Shown here: in pieces, positions 13,424 through 24,893 of the stretch
Position numbering within the stretch: position 1 is the stretch's first letter
Layout of the letters: each line of letters starts with the position of its first letter
Assembly (NCBI RefSeq): GCF_963921235.1
Contig: NC_086108.1
Coordinates: 66,962,001 to 67,026,000, forward strand
Reading direction: 5' to 3'
DNA: 64,000 nt
Origin: Mobula hypostoma
Taxonomy: Eukaryota
Notes under the pieces: model-generated
Database searches by the model: none
The model's input: only the letters and a program-made list of their open reading frames with translations
What the model was told of the DNA's origin: nothing
Program-made: the position numbers and the translations under genes

Positions 13424-15629
13424 TCACCTCTATTGTCTTTTGTGCTAGAACATGTCTATGAATTAGAAGAACAGAAATGTACTGTTCCTTTTCTGGGGTA
13501 TCTAGACCTATGTGAACAGTGTGTACCTCAAGCGATCAAATGGAAAATCATTAATGAGCAGTTCAGTCTGAATAAAGATGTGTCAGAATGTTGCATTCAA
13601 CACCAATTCAGCTACAGAAAATGATACAAAGAATGGAAAAATAAGACTGGATTAATGGAGAGAGAGAAAAAGGAGAATTTTTCAAAAAAAAACAAAGATT
13701 AACTTTATATGTCACATGTACATTGAAATATACAGAGAAATGCATTGTTTGCATCAATGACCAACACAATCTGAGGATATACTGGGGGCAGCCTACAGCA
13801 TTATTAATACATAGTATTTGTGCTTTTAAATCTCTGAAGGAAATTAAACAGAGAAAGGGTGAAGCTCTTTAATCATAAAGGATCATTTTCAAAAGTAGGG
13901 AAATTGCTTGATCATAATTAAGATTTACAATATTGTTAACAGGAATGGACATCCCCAAAGTTCTGCGAGTGGATTTAGTACATAATAACCAGTTAAATAG
14001 AACAACTTCATGCCATTCAATGTATTCAGAAGATGAATCTTTCAGTGAGATGTCGTCACACAGCTTCTGAGGGATATTTTAAATAGCACTATTTCCATTT
14101 CTTCATTTAACCACAGTGGTGCAATTACTTAAAATGGTTTTTGTTTTCAATGCAAGTTATTGATAAATAATTAGCTGTGCTGCTGTTCTTACTATTCAAT
14201 CCAGTCCATTTTGACAAGAACAGGATAAAGTTTCTTAAAAAGAAAGGTGAAAACAATAAATCTGAAGTGACATATGTACTCAGGTTACTGACCTGAATTT
14301 TTAATTTTCAAACACTATAATCCTGTGGAGTGAGCTGGGATATGCTTAGTTTCCGCTGAATTCTGTAATATTTAAAGCAATGGCATTTCACATTTTTGTA
14401 CTGATCCGATCAAAGTGTTTTATGAATAAACACAATTCCTCTACACCACAAACATCTGGAATTGTAAAATGTTTTACAATAATTACCACTCAGAACGTAG
14501 CAGCTGGGAGAACCATCAGTGTGCAGAAAGAATGAACAGGACTCTATGGATGGATGTGTGGTTGAACAGAATGAAAGGTGGATTCTACCGGAACAGTACA
14601 ATGAATTGATATATCCAATTGGTAGTCTGTTCAATATTTGGAAAATTCTTAATTATAATTCCTCAGAAAAACTTCCACAGGAAGAAAGAAATTTCTCCTT
14701 AATCCCCTTTCCTGTCTTCTCAATTTCATTACTTTAAGCTTACCTTTTCCTCTAGTGGTACATTGAATGTGTTTTGCAGTCCAGTCTGCATACCCCATAA
14801 GCAACATCGAGAATGGTCAGCGTTATCAGAAAAAGAATGTTATGCTGCACATTTTGTGTAGTGAAGAACAGTAAAGCCAACAGCGATGGTCATTGCTTTT
14901 ACACACAGAATCACATATCAGCTTCCAGAGCCTACACAGCCAGTATGAACAAGGAGATCAAAGTGTTACTGAAAGAGACTTCACTCTCCTGTACAATGGC
15001 CGCCGCAATGCACCTTGACTTTAGACTTGGTTCTGGTTTTGTGTAATGGATAGAACTGCATGTCCTGTTCTGTAGTTTCACAGAGTTGCCACTTCACACT
15101 TAAAAAGTTTGAAGCTGACTCTTGTCCCTTGATCTGATGGAAATCATAGAGCAAGGAACATGCTAGCCATAATGTTGCAGATCTATCAGTGTCAGTGTCC
15201 CTGCCATCTCAAGGCGGTCATTCTACACAGCACAACAACGGAGTCCTTAATATTAATTCAGGCTTCTATCTCCACAAGAAATCGCATCAACCAATACTGT
15301 TGTGTATTAACTATAGATAGAGTGTTAAGGTTGAGGGAGATACAGGTTTCCTGACAGCCTACCATGGACTCAGTGTGGTAGCTATATTCATCAAGATTCT
15401 GCCAAGTTGGTCAGTAGTAATTATAAATAATGCTTCCAAAAACTTTGTACAAGTAAAATATCAACAATCTAAATACAGGAGAGCCTGTCTGGCTTTGCTT
15501 TGAATACATTTCCCAGGCAACGATTCCCATCTCCGACAAATCTGTGCCATGGGGTCAACTCTTTCACCTCCTTGGCATAAGAGTTTTCATCACATCTCTG
15601 CTCATCCACTAAAATTGATCATTTTCATT

Positions 15630-15955
15630 ACAGTGATGCAGCAGTTGGAGCTACTGCGGCCTCACAGCCGCGGTGATGCAGGTTCAATGCTGACCTCAGA
15701 TATGTCCATTTCCTTTTAGAGATTCAGCGTGGAATAGGCCCTTCGAGCTGCGCTGTCAACAATACACTGATTTAACCCTTGCTAATCACAGGACAATTTA
15801 CAATGACCAATTAACCTACTAACCGGTACATTTTTAGAATGTATCAGGAAACCTGAGCACCCGGAGGAAAGCCACACATTCCACAGGGAGGATGTGCAAA
15901 GTTTTTGCAGAAGACGGAATGATTGAACTCAGACCTCCAACACTGTAATATGTTG
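15630..15955. mobile_element. V-SINE head (+, about 15630-15705) joined to a V-SINE copy (-, about 15712-15955)
   Basis: gcctcacagc...gcaggttcaatgctgacctc head, then a reverse V domain gagcacccggaggaaagccac. Confidence 0.75.
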
Positions 15956-16177
15956 TGCAAACTCCTACGCCACTGTCTGTCGTTTTGGGTTTTGCATCTT
16001 CTGTCTGCAACTGAGTGGCTTCCTCTACTTCCAAACAAAAGAATTACTAAGCAATTAACAGTGTATTGTAAAGAGACTCAGAAAATTTATAGATCTACAC
16101 GTGTCACTGGATGGTGAAATCATTACATCAGAAAAATGAAGGATGTACGCAAGCCACATGTGTTTACGAGTTGGTGA

Positions 16178-18871
16178 GTTGACTATTGCCCAGTGGCACT
16201 CACATCTACTGTGCTGAAGTGCTTTGAGAGGTTGGACATGGCTAGAATCATATCCTGCCTAAGCAAGGAGCTGGACCCTTTGCAATTTATCTATTGCCAC
16301 ATTAGGCCTACAGCAGAGGCAATCTCACTGGCTCTCCACTCGGCCTTGGCTCACTTGGACAACAGTAATACCTAACATGTCAGGCTGCTGTTTATTGATT
16401 ACAGCTCAGTGTTCATTACTCTCAGTTCAAATCAACAAGCTCCAGAACCTGGGACTCTATACTTCCCTCTGCAGCTGGATCTTTGACTTCTTTACTGGGA
16501 GACCATAGACTGTGCAGATCAGAAATAACATCTCAACAATGGTGAGCCTCAGTAATGCGTGCTTAGCTCACTGCTCTTCTCTCTCTGCACCTACTATAGT
16601 GTTGCTGAGCACAGCTCAAACTTTATCTATAAATTTGCTGACAACACAAATATTTGCAAAATTTCAGATGATGAGGAGGAGGCAAACAGAAGTGAGATAG
16701 CTGTTTGAGTGGTGTCACAGCAACAATCTTGTACTCAGCATCAGTAAGACCAAGGAGCTGATAGTGGACTTCAGGAAGGGGAAGTCGAGAGAACACACAC
16801 TAGTCCTTCTCAAGGGATCAGAAGTGGAAGGGCTGAGCAGTTTCAAGTTACTGGATGTCAATATCTCTGAAGATCTATCCTGGGCCCAACTTTTCTTTTA
16901 TTGTTCATTCATTTACAGGATGTGGACACTGCCAGCTAAGCCAGCATTTATTGCCCATCCCTTGCTGCCCTTGAGAAGGTGGAGATGAACTGCCTTCTTG
17001 AACCACTGCAATCCGAGGTGTAGGTACACCGACAGTGCTGTTAGGGAGGGAATTCCATAATTTTGACCCAACAACAATGAAGGAACTGTGTTATGTTTCC
17101 AAGTCAGGATGGTGAGTGACTTGGAGGGGGATTTCCAAGTAGTGGTGTTCCCTGGTATCTGCTGTTTGCATCCTTCTACATGGTAGTGGTCATGGGTCTG
17201 GAAGGTGCTGCCTTAGGAACTTTGGTGTGTTGTTGCAGAGCATCTTATAGAAAGTATACACTGCTGCAACTCTTCATCGATGGTGGAAGGTTTGGATGCT
17301 TATGGAAGCAGTACCAATCAAGTGGGCTACCTTGTATTGGATGCTATCAAGCTTCTTCAGTGTTGATGGACCTGCAATCATCCAGGTGAATGGCGAGTAT
17401 TCCATTACTCCTGACCTGAGCCTTGTAGATGGTGGACAGGCTTTGGGGAATCAGGAGGTGAGTTACATGCCACAGGATTCCTAGCCTTTGACTTGCTCTG
17501 GTAGTCACAGTGTTTATATGGCTAGACCAGTTCAGTTTTCTGTCAATGGTAACCCCCAGGATGTTGACAGTAGGGGATTCAGTGATGGTGATACCTCTGA
17601 ATGTCAAGGGACGATGGTTAGAGCCTCTCTTGTTGGAGATGGTCATTGCCTGGCACTTGCATGGCTCGAATGTTACTTGTCACTTGACAGTCCAAGCCTG
17701 GATATTGTCCAGGTCCTGCTGCATTTGGGTATGAACTGCTTCACTATCTGAGGAGTCACAAATGGGGCAGAACATTGTGCAGTCATCTGCGAGCATCCCC
17801 ACTTCTGACCTTATGACAGAGATGTCCTTATGTCATTGATGAAGCAGCCCTAGGACATTTCCCTGAGGAACTCCTGCTGAGATGTCCTGAGGATGAGACC
17901 ATTGACCTCCAACCCCCACGACCATCTTCCTTTGTATCAGGTATGATTCCAACCAGCAAAGGGTTTTTCCCCTAATTCGCATTGACTCCATTTTAGCTAG
18001 GGCACCTTGATGCCATACTCGGTCAAGTGTTGCCTTGATGTCGAGGGCTATCACTTTCACCTCACCTCTGGTATTTACCTCTTTGGTCCATGATTGGACC
18101 AAGGAGGTGACGACATCAGGAGTTGAGTGGCCTTGACAGAACCCAAAATGGGCATCCTCAAGCAGGTTATTGGCGAGTAGGTGCTACATGATAGCACTGT
18201 TGATGACCCCTTCCATTACTGATGATTGAGAGTAGGCTGACAGGGCAGTAATTGGCTGGGTTGGACTTATATTTACAAATTGATGTAATTACAAAGAAGG
18301 CACGTCAGAAACTATATTTTATTAGGAGCTTGAGGAGACTTGGTATGTCACCCGAGGCTCTTGCAAATTACTATAGATGTTCCATGGAGAGCATCCTAAT
18401 TGATTGCTCCACTGTCTGCTATGGAGGGGCCACTGTACAAGACTGGAAAAAGCTGCAGAAAGTTGTAATTTCAGCCAGCTCCATCATGGGCAATAGTCTC
18501 CTTAGCATCCTGGACAACTTCAAAAGGTCTCAAAAAAGGTGGCATTTATCATTAAGGTTTCCCTTCACCAAGGACAGGCCCTCTTCTCATTGCTACCATC
18601 AAGGAAGAGGTAAAGGAACCCGAAGACACAAACTCAACATTTCAGGAACAACTACTTCCCCTCAGCCATCAGATTTCTGAATAGACAACGAACACATTCA
18701 TTCAGTATTTTTTCTTCTCATTTTTCACTACTTATGTAATTTAATTTTCTTTTTTATATATACTTCATTGTCATTCATAGTTGTCATTATGAATTGCAAT
18801 GCACTGCTGCCGCAAAACATCAAATTTTATGACATATGCCAATGATATTAAACCAGATTTCTGATTCTGAT
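16178..18871 (+). mobile_element. Rex1-clade LINE (RT to 3' end), split at 16890/18275 by a nested LINE
   Basis: ALTSTVLKCFERL...DPLQF...ISEDLSWAQ resumes after the insert as IDVITKKARQKLYFIRSLRR. (TTCTGA)n tail at about 18860. Confidence 0.9.
16891..18274 (-). mobile_element. CR1/L2-group LINE fragment nested in Rex1
   Basis: ALDIKATLDRVWHQG...WLESYL...GVPQGNVLG and ILGVTIDRKLNWSSHI...IYKAQVRS, with a 3' tail aataaatgctggc...cacatcctgtaaatgaatgaa. Confidence 0.9.
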
Positions 18872-20395
18872 TTATTCAAGATCTGCTATCCATTTAATAA
18901 TAGTTACATCAGCACATGCTGCTGTCATAATTCAGGGGATACTTTGCATTTTTCTTCATCATGCAAACTGAAATAGAGCTGGGAATGAGCCAGGTTTCCT
19001 GCCTTCCCTGTGGGGTGCGGACAACCTACTGCTTATGACTATGCTGAGTACATGACAATCATCTCCTTACAGGCTGAGGATGCTTGTGCTGGGGTAGGAG
19101 TTCAGTACTTCCCACACACCATAAATAAATAGCATTTATCCATTTTCCACTATCTACTCAAGTTGAGGGTTGAAGTTAAATGGAACCGATTTTAACTGGT
19201 GGTGAGGGGTGAGATGGGAGGAAATTACTTCTTAGTCCTTCCTGTTCTTATTTCATTGACTACAGTTTCAAAACAAGGAAGGATGACCCTGAGGAGGCAG
19301 AGTCCTTTTTAAATTAGTACTCAGCTCCGATGACATGTTCTGAGGCTGTCTTCTTTAATCATGAGACTGCACGGGCACAGAGGTGACTTTCTCACCAGTC
19401 TATCCGGTCACCAAAAGAATGTAAAGCTTGCAGGGGCAGCATGAAAACTTGTAAAGGTTTCCTTATAATTCTGTAGCATATGTACTTCTGTGGATCCAAA
19501 CCTCGCCCTCTTTTGCCCTTAGCTTCTGCAACACTCCCTCATCTCCGGAGTTCTATTTCCCTCCTGAGCTCCTTCAAGGTGCAGATCGTGATAAAACATA
19601 CATACATCTCACGGGAGTGAATTCTGAGTAATCAATTTTCATTAATTGCTTATTGTAACCATAGTTTTGAATCACAGAAATAATGGCTGATTTTTCCCCG
19701 CAGGCTTTTATCACTGCCTTGGTTGAAATCCAGTCTAACACAAGGGACTTCACTTTGCAGCTTAACTGGTTTGCTGTTAATATGCATTGTGATAAATCTG
19801 CTTATGTCATTTGAATGTGAGGATCTGGTCTAGCCATGAGAAGAGAAGTAAGATGTGTAGAAAAATTTCAAAGTGCGTCCATGACACATAATACCAAGCT
19901 ATTATGCAAAATATGACTTGAAAATTGCTACTACCACCTGCATTTGTAGAGTCACACGGGCAAAATAAAAATCCACTTACTTCCTTGAACACCAGTGTAA
20001 AAATGGTAAGAAAATACATGATGTCATATAAATTTACAATTCAAGCATTCGCAGTTTTCTGAGGAGGATTTGTAGAGAAGCCATATCAGAAATATTTCCC
20101 AATAAAAATCATCACATTTAGTCCTTAGTCACGTTTACCATATGCACACCATAGTTGGGTCTCTACAATGCAGTAGAGTAGAGTACACTCAGCTTCCACA
20201 GATTTTGGAAGCAGAGAGTAACATTCAGCTGCTGGGCACATGTGACTTAGGACAATTTTTCACTTATGTTTCTTTAAAATAACTCAGTTTCCTGAAAGAA
20301 ATCTTCAGTAGAAAACTTTTAGAAAAGGTAAAACCAATAGTGCTTGCTGTTCTTTTACTAATTTGCAATAATTTCTACTTAATTTGGTTCATTCT

Positions 20396-20426
20396 TCCCC
20401 TAGGCCTGAGTCGACGGTAGTAGTAG
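20396..20426 (+). mobile_element. 31-bp extreme 3' end of the RTE family seen at 5638
   Basis: cctaggcctgagtcgacggtagtagtag with TSD TTGGTTCATTCT / TTGTTTCATTCT. Confidence 0.85.
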
Positions 20427-20649
20427 TTGTTTCATTCTGCTATGAGATGCTCAAGTTATTTCTTTCGTCCTTTAACTTCTTTGGTCACTCTCATTTAAAT
20501 TTAAAGACTTGTTGATATACAGAAGCTTGAATGTGGGAAAGATTCTTTATAACTTCAGTCTGGATTTTACCAATACATTTCCAGGGGAGATTTGATCATG
20601 TCCTATCAAACTAACCTCTCCTCACAACATAATAATGCCAAGTTTATAT

Positions 20650-21200
20650 TTACGGTATATAGTATCCTTCATGCAGCTGAATATTTTAAGGTATAACAGA
20701 GGGAAAAAGACATTGATCAGAGCAATATAAAGAGATCTTTGGTCAGCTAACTCAAAATTTCAAAGAGATTTTTTTTAAAGAACATCCAAAAGAAGAAAGG
20801 ACAATTAGAGTTTTAGAGAGGAATCAGAGAACTTAGAGAAATGGCTGTTGAAGGAGAAGTGTTTAAATCAAGAACATGTAGGTGGCCAGACTTGGAGGAG
20901 CTTAGATTTTCAGCGGGTTACTGGGAGAAGGGGTGCAGCTGAAGCTATGGGAGAACTTGGAATCAAGGACAAGTAGTTTAAAAAATAGGTATTGCATAAT
21001 GGGGAGTAAATGGATGTCAATGAACACATAAATTAAAGAAAAAAGACACTAAGAGCCAGGACACATGCCACAGAAGTCTGAACAACTTCAAGCTTTCAGA
21101 GAATAGACTGTGAGAAGTTTGCTAAGGACTCATAGGAACGGTTAAGTAACAAGATCATAGTTACTGTGCCAGTGAACACATGGAATATGACAGCACAGTG
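20650..21200 (-). mobile_element. Ancient L2-like LINE 3' region
   Basis: Purine-rich decayed tract typical of reverse L2 3' ends and resembling the reverse complement of 46930-47515. Confidence 0.45.
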
Positions 21201-21302
21201 GAGGAATAGGTTAAAGAAACAGAAAGGAGTCTGGGGTAGATCCTATAACACCCAAAGATGCTTTAACATTTTTAAAAATATATTTTCAAATAAGTTTTAG
21301 AA

Positions 21303-22822
21303 TAGTGGTCGCCAACCAGTCGATCGCAATCGACCGGATGATCTTTGAGACTTTCCCAGTTTATCCCAAAAAAAAGAAAAAATAAATACACAAATACATT
21401 ATGCCTGATAAACTTTTTGATGCAAATATGTAGTAAATTCTATTTTGAAAAAGGACCACTCGACAACTTCATGCCCAAAAGGAACAACTTTATCTAGGAC
21501 AGTGAAACGATATTCGCATACAGAGGTTTTCACTAAAGTGCACTGGGCAGAAAAGACTGGAAGGAAAACCCCGCGACCCCTGAAACAATCTCTCTTTACA
21601 AACAGCTTTCTGTAGTGGGAGTATTGCTATATTACCATGATCCTAACTGGTATTAACTTATCGTTATAATGCTCACATTACCACTTCTCCCCCTTTAAAT
21701 TCCAACATTCCCCAAATGTAAAAGAAATGGGAAACAAAAACAGTGGTGTCATTAGCTTGCATACCCCTAAAACATATACTAGTGTCTCAGTAACAGTTTA
21801 CCAATACCAGGAAAGTTGAGGAGCTGAAATCAGGGTTGAAGGCTCAGCAAACATGCTGCTCAGAGGACGTGCATCGACAAATGTTATAGGACTTGTCACT
21901 CTGTGAATATTTTTCACGACAGTTCAGTGAATTCCTGGATGTAATACAAACAGCTCAGCTTGTTGTATTTGTCATAACGGCTTTCCAGGATTTTACAACA
22001 AAGGAGGACTTCCTCACTCTTTTGCACTTAAAGAACAAGAAGTGAGGATATTTACAATGAGTTTTAAAAAAATGTCTGTGAAAGTAACATCCCCATTCAT
22101 AACGGAGGGGGAACATCGACTCAGACCATGACAGGACTGTGTCGGGCATTTTCATGCCTTACAAGGCGCAGATTGGAAGTCTGTGTGGGGCGCCACTCCT
22201 CACACAGACACTAGAGCAATGTACGGTTAAGTGCCTTGCTCAAGGACACAAACACGCTGCCACAGCATAGGCTCGAACCAGCGACCTTGAGATCACTAGA
22301 CGAACGTCTTAACCACTTGGCCACGTGCCCAACAATTCATAAACTGGCGGCAATTACTACTGATGAGGCCCCAGCAATGCGCGATGTGCGTGTTGGGTTT
22401 ATAGCACTGTGCCGTAATGACCCTGATTTTCTCAACTTCCTGAATTGTCACTGTGTGATTCATCAGCAGGCCTTGGCTGGGAAGGTCGTGGACTTTTCTC
22501 ATATAATGATGCTGGTGGTCAAACTGATAAACTTGATTCGAGCAAAAGCACTTCAGCACCGCTTATTCAAAGCGTTATTGGATGAGCTCAATGCTGCTAT
22601 GGCCTGTTTGATATGCTATTTACAGTGTTTTCTTGGTTGAATTAATTTGAAAGTTTGAGAAAAGCATTTTATGTAATTAAAATACAATTAGCCCAAATAA
22701 AGGGCCTCAAGTTGAAAGTACAATCTGAGCTGTTTTTTCTCTAAACGATTTAGTAGGTCGATCTTGCCTTTCGCTAAGGCCAAGGTAGGAGATCTTGGGT
22801 TTAAAAAGGTTGGTGACCATTA
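21303..22822 (+). mobile_element. Internally deleted hAT DNA transposon (Buster/Charlie-type transposase relics)
   Basis: TIRs tagtggtcgccaacc / ggttggtgaccatta, a perfect 8-bp TSD TTTTAGAA, and the remnant ITTDEAPAM...HCVIHQQAL...LQHRLFKALLDE. Confidence 0.92.
22103..22334 (-). mobile_element. tRNA-derived CORE-type SINE nested in the hAT element
   Basis: A box TGGCCAAGTGG, B box GGTTCGAGCC, CORE-like gtgtccttgagcaaggcacttaacc and TSD ATTCATAA. Confidence 0.88.
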
Positions 22823-23034
22823 TTTTAGAATTATTTAAATTCCTTGAAAATGTTTTTAAATGTCTTCTGTTGATTCCTCTATTCTCCTTTCTTCTTTTAA
22901 TAAATATCTCTTTGAAACTTTGAGCTACCTGACCAAAGATCTCTTTATATTGTCCTGATCAATGTTTTTAAGGCAGTCCCAAGTCCTTTCTTTCCATGTG
23001 TTTGACATGAAAGAATCTTTTGCTGTTGATCAGT

Positions 23035-23136
23035 GTCAAAACACCAAATTAAATCCACAGTGATTTAATGTTGTAAAACAATAAAACATGAAAACTTCCG
23101 GGGTGGGGAGGGGGTGAATACCTGTTATAGGCACTG
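23035..23136 (+). mobile_element. Tc1-like transposon terminal fragment
   Basis: ...ggggtgaatacctgttataggcactg matches the reverse complement of a Tc1-type cagtgcc...tattcacccc TIR. Confidence 0.6.
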
Positions 23137-23144
23137 CATGCATG

Positions 23145-24201
23145 TGTAACATGCTGTAATGTTTCACTGCTAATGTAATGATTTCTCTGTAGCACAATGT
23201 TTGGGTTATGACTAGACATAACGGGGCTTTGGAATGTTGTTCTTTCTTGGGAGTCTGGAAGAGAGTTTTTCGCGGTCTTTTGCCGGGGAGAGACGAGGAG
23301 AGAAGGCGCAAGTGGAGAGAGTTGGTAGACCGCTGGACAGAGTGGACTTGGAGCAAGGGTCCGAAGGTCAGTGACGAATGAAGGAGGTCGATGGTGGACG
23401 AACGGTTTATCAGTGAGCTCCAACGTTTGCGCATTAGACTGTTTTGTGAGAATGGGACCTTTTTCTTTTTTTTTTGTTTTCTTTACTAACTACATAGTCA
23501 AATTAAACTTATAAAAGCTCAATTGTTTAATCGTATATTGTGCACTGTTTATTATTTTGTAGTACTGATTTGTAGCATCCACCCAAATGAGATTTCTGAA
23601 GTTTGGCCGGGCTGAGGGGCTGTTGCCCCCTATATTAAGCCACTAGCTGAAGTGAGAGTCATGTATGTGTGTATGAACACTGGGTGGAGAGGTTTTGTGA
23701 GGGGCGCTAAGATTGGTCTTGGTCTTTGTTCAGTGGGAGAAGGAGAAAGAAGATGCAGGAGAGAACCGGTCGTAGGATTTGATCCAGGGGGAATGGAGCC
23801 AAGGCATGGTCTACCTTGGTGAATATGGCTTATGGAAGATTTGATCTCCAATATGTGTACATTTGACTGTTAATTATAATGGACCCTTCTTGTTTTTTTC
23901 CTTTCCTTTCTTTACTAACTCTTTAGTTAAGTTAACATTCATAAATATATTTCTTTATAATTGTATGCAGTGTGATATCTGTTATTTCATGCTGATGGGG
24001 ACAGTAAATCACACAGGATTCACACAAAGCGGGATTTGAGTGGGTGAGACATCCCAATCTCACAGACTTGGTGGGACCAAAGTTGTGTACACTCTAGAGA
24101 TATGAAGCTGAAGAAAGGTGGGTTTGTCACTACGGAGTCCAGAGACTGCTAGCGAGGGGCTAACGAGCCGTTAATAAGACGCCGAGCAAAAAGGAGATAC
24201 A
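23145..24201 (+). mobile_element. Two tandem, diverged LTR-like units (about 23145-23661 and 23670-24201)
   Basis: Begins TGTAAC and ends ATACA. Both units share ctccaa...gactgtt...aatgg(g)acc-T-rich-ctttactaact and GA-rich blocks. Confidence 0.5.
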
Positions 24202-24317
24202 TGGGGATATATGCACATACATATATAAAAACAGTAGGACAGTATAGAACAGTACAGTGGTGCGGATGGTAGAGCTCCAGTTCAAAGTAAATTTATTATC
24301 AAAGTACATATATGTAT

Positions 24318-24502
24318 GGGGTGTCAGGGAGGGGTAGCACCTCTGGTGGGGTAACATGTCGCGTCCTTTTCAAGGCAGTTAGTCCACCTTTGGTCCCCAG
24401 CTGGCACTCAGCCCTCACCTGTGGCTCCCTGTAGCTGTTTGCATGCGACAGCGGCCACACCCCGGGCAATGGCTTCGACAAGCCGGCTAAACCAGGTGAG
24501 GG
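24318..24502 (+). ncRNA. HDV-like self-cleaving ribozyme fold
   Basis: P1 GGGGTGT(24318-24)/ACACCCC(24457-63); P2 CCCTCACCTG(24412-21)/CAGGTGAGGG(24493-502); P3 GGC/GCC; L3 TCCCTGTA; P1.1 CC/GG(24464-65); P4 TGGCTT/AAGCCG; J4/2 G-C(24487)-TAA. Confidence 0.8.
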
Positions 24503-24893
24503 TAGCCGACGGGTCTCAAACCTTCGGTGAGATAGGGAGTTGTCTATCCCAGCATGTGAAGACAGACTCCGGCGGATTGAGCGGACGAGACCAATGGAAG
24601 GTCCAACGGTCAAGAAGGCGGTCTCTGCAAGCGTCATGGAACGTGTAGAGCAGGACAAGACACAGAAGACGTCCTGGTCATCCACTGCGCCTAGTCCCAT
24701 CTCCAGCCATCTCGACTCTGTCTTGCCACTGGATCCAGATGGGAATTGGGAAGAGAGAGTGAGGCTGACGCTGCGCAACTCTCCCTCACTTAAATCCAAA
24801 TCAAGCGCTAGTCTCGACACCATCAATAATGGTGTCAAGGTCTTCATCGACATTGACAATGGATGAACAAGAACAAGAACAAGAAGAAGAAGA
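24318..24893 (+). mobile_element. Non-autonomous non-LTR retroelement (Vingi/Ingi- or RTE-type bipartite) with a 5' ribozyme
   Basis: GC/CpG-rich 576 bp with no Pol III A/B boxes, 3' hairpin gacaccat-caata-atggtgtc, (AACAAG)n(AAG)n tail and a short TSD ATGT. Confidence 0.75.

Noticed and set aside
19714..19813. Plus-strand acceptor tttttccccgcag followed by an open frame
   Set aside because: No convincing donor and an unrecognisable peptide.
22260..22334. tRNA gene
   Set aside because: It is a SINE head: it is followed by CORE-like and tail sequence and flanked by a TSD.
22236..22640. Domesticated GTF2IRD2/ZBED-like gene
   Set aside because: The N-terminus comes from an inserted SINE, and the rest is a fragmented transposase inside TIRs and a TSD.
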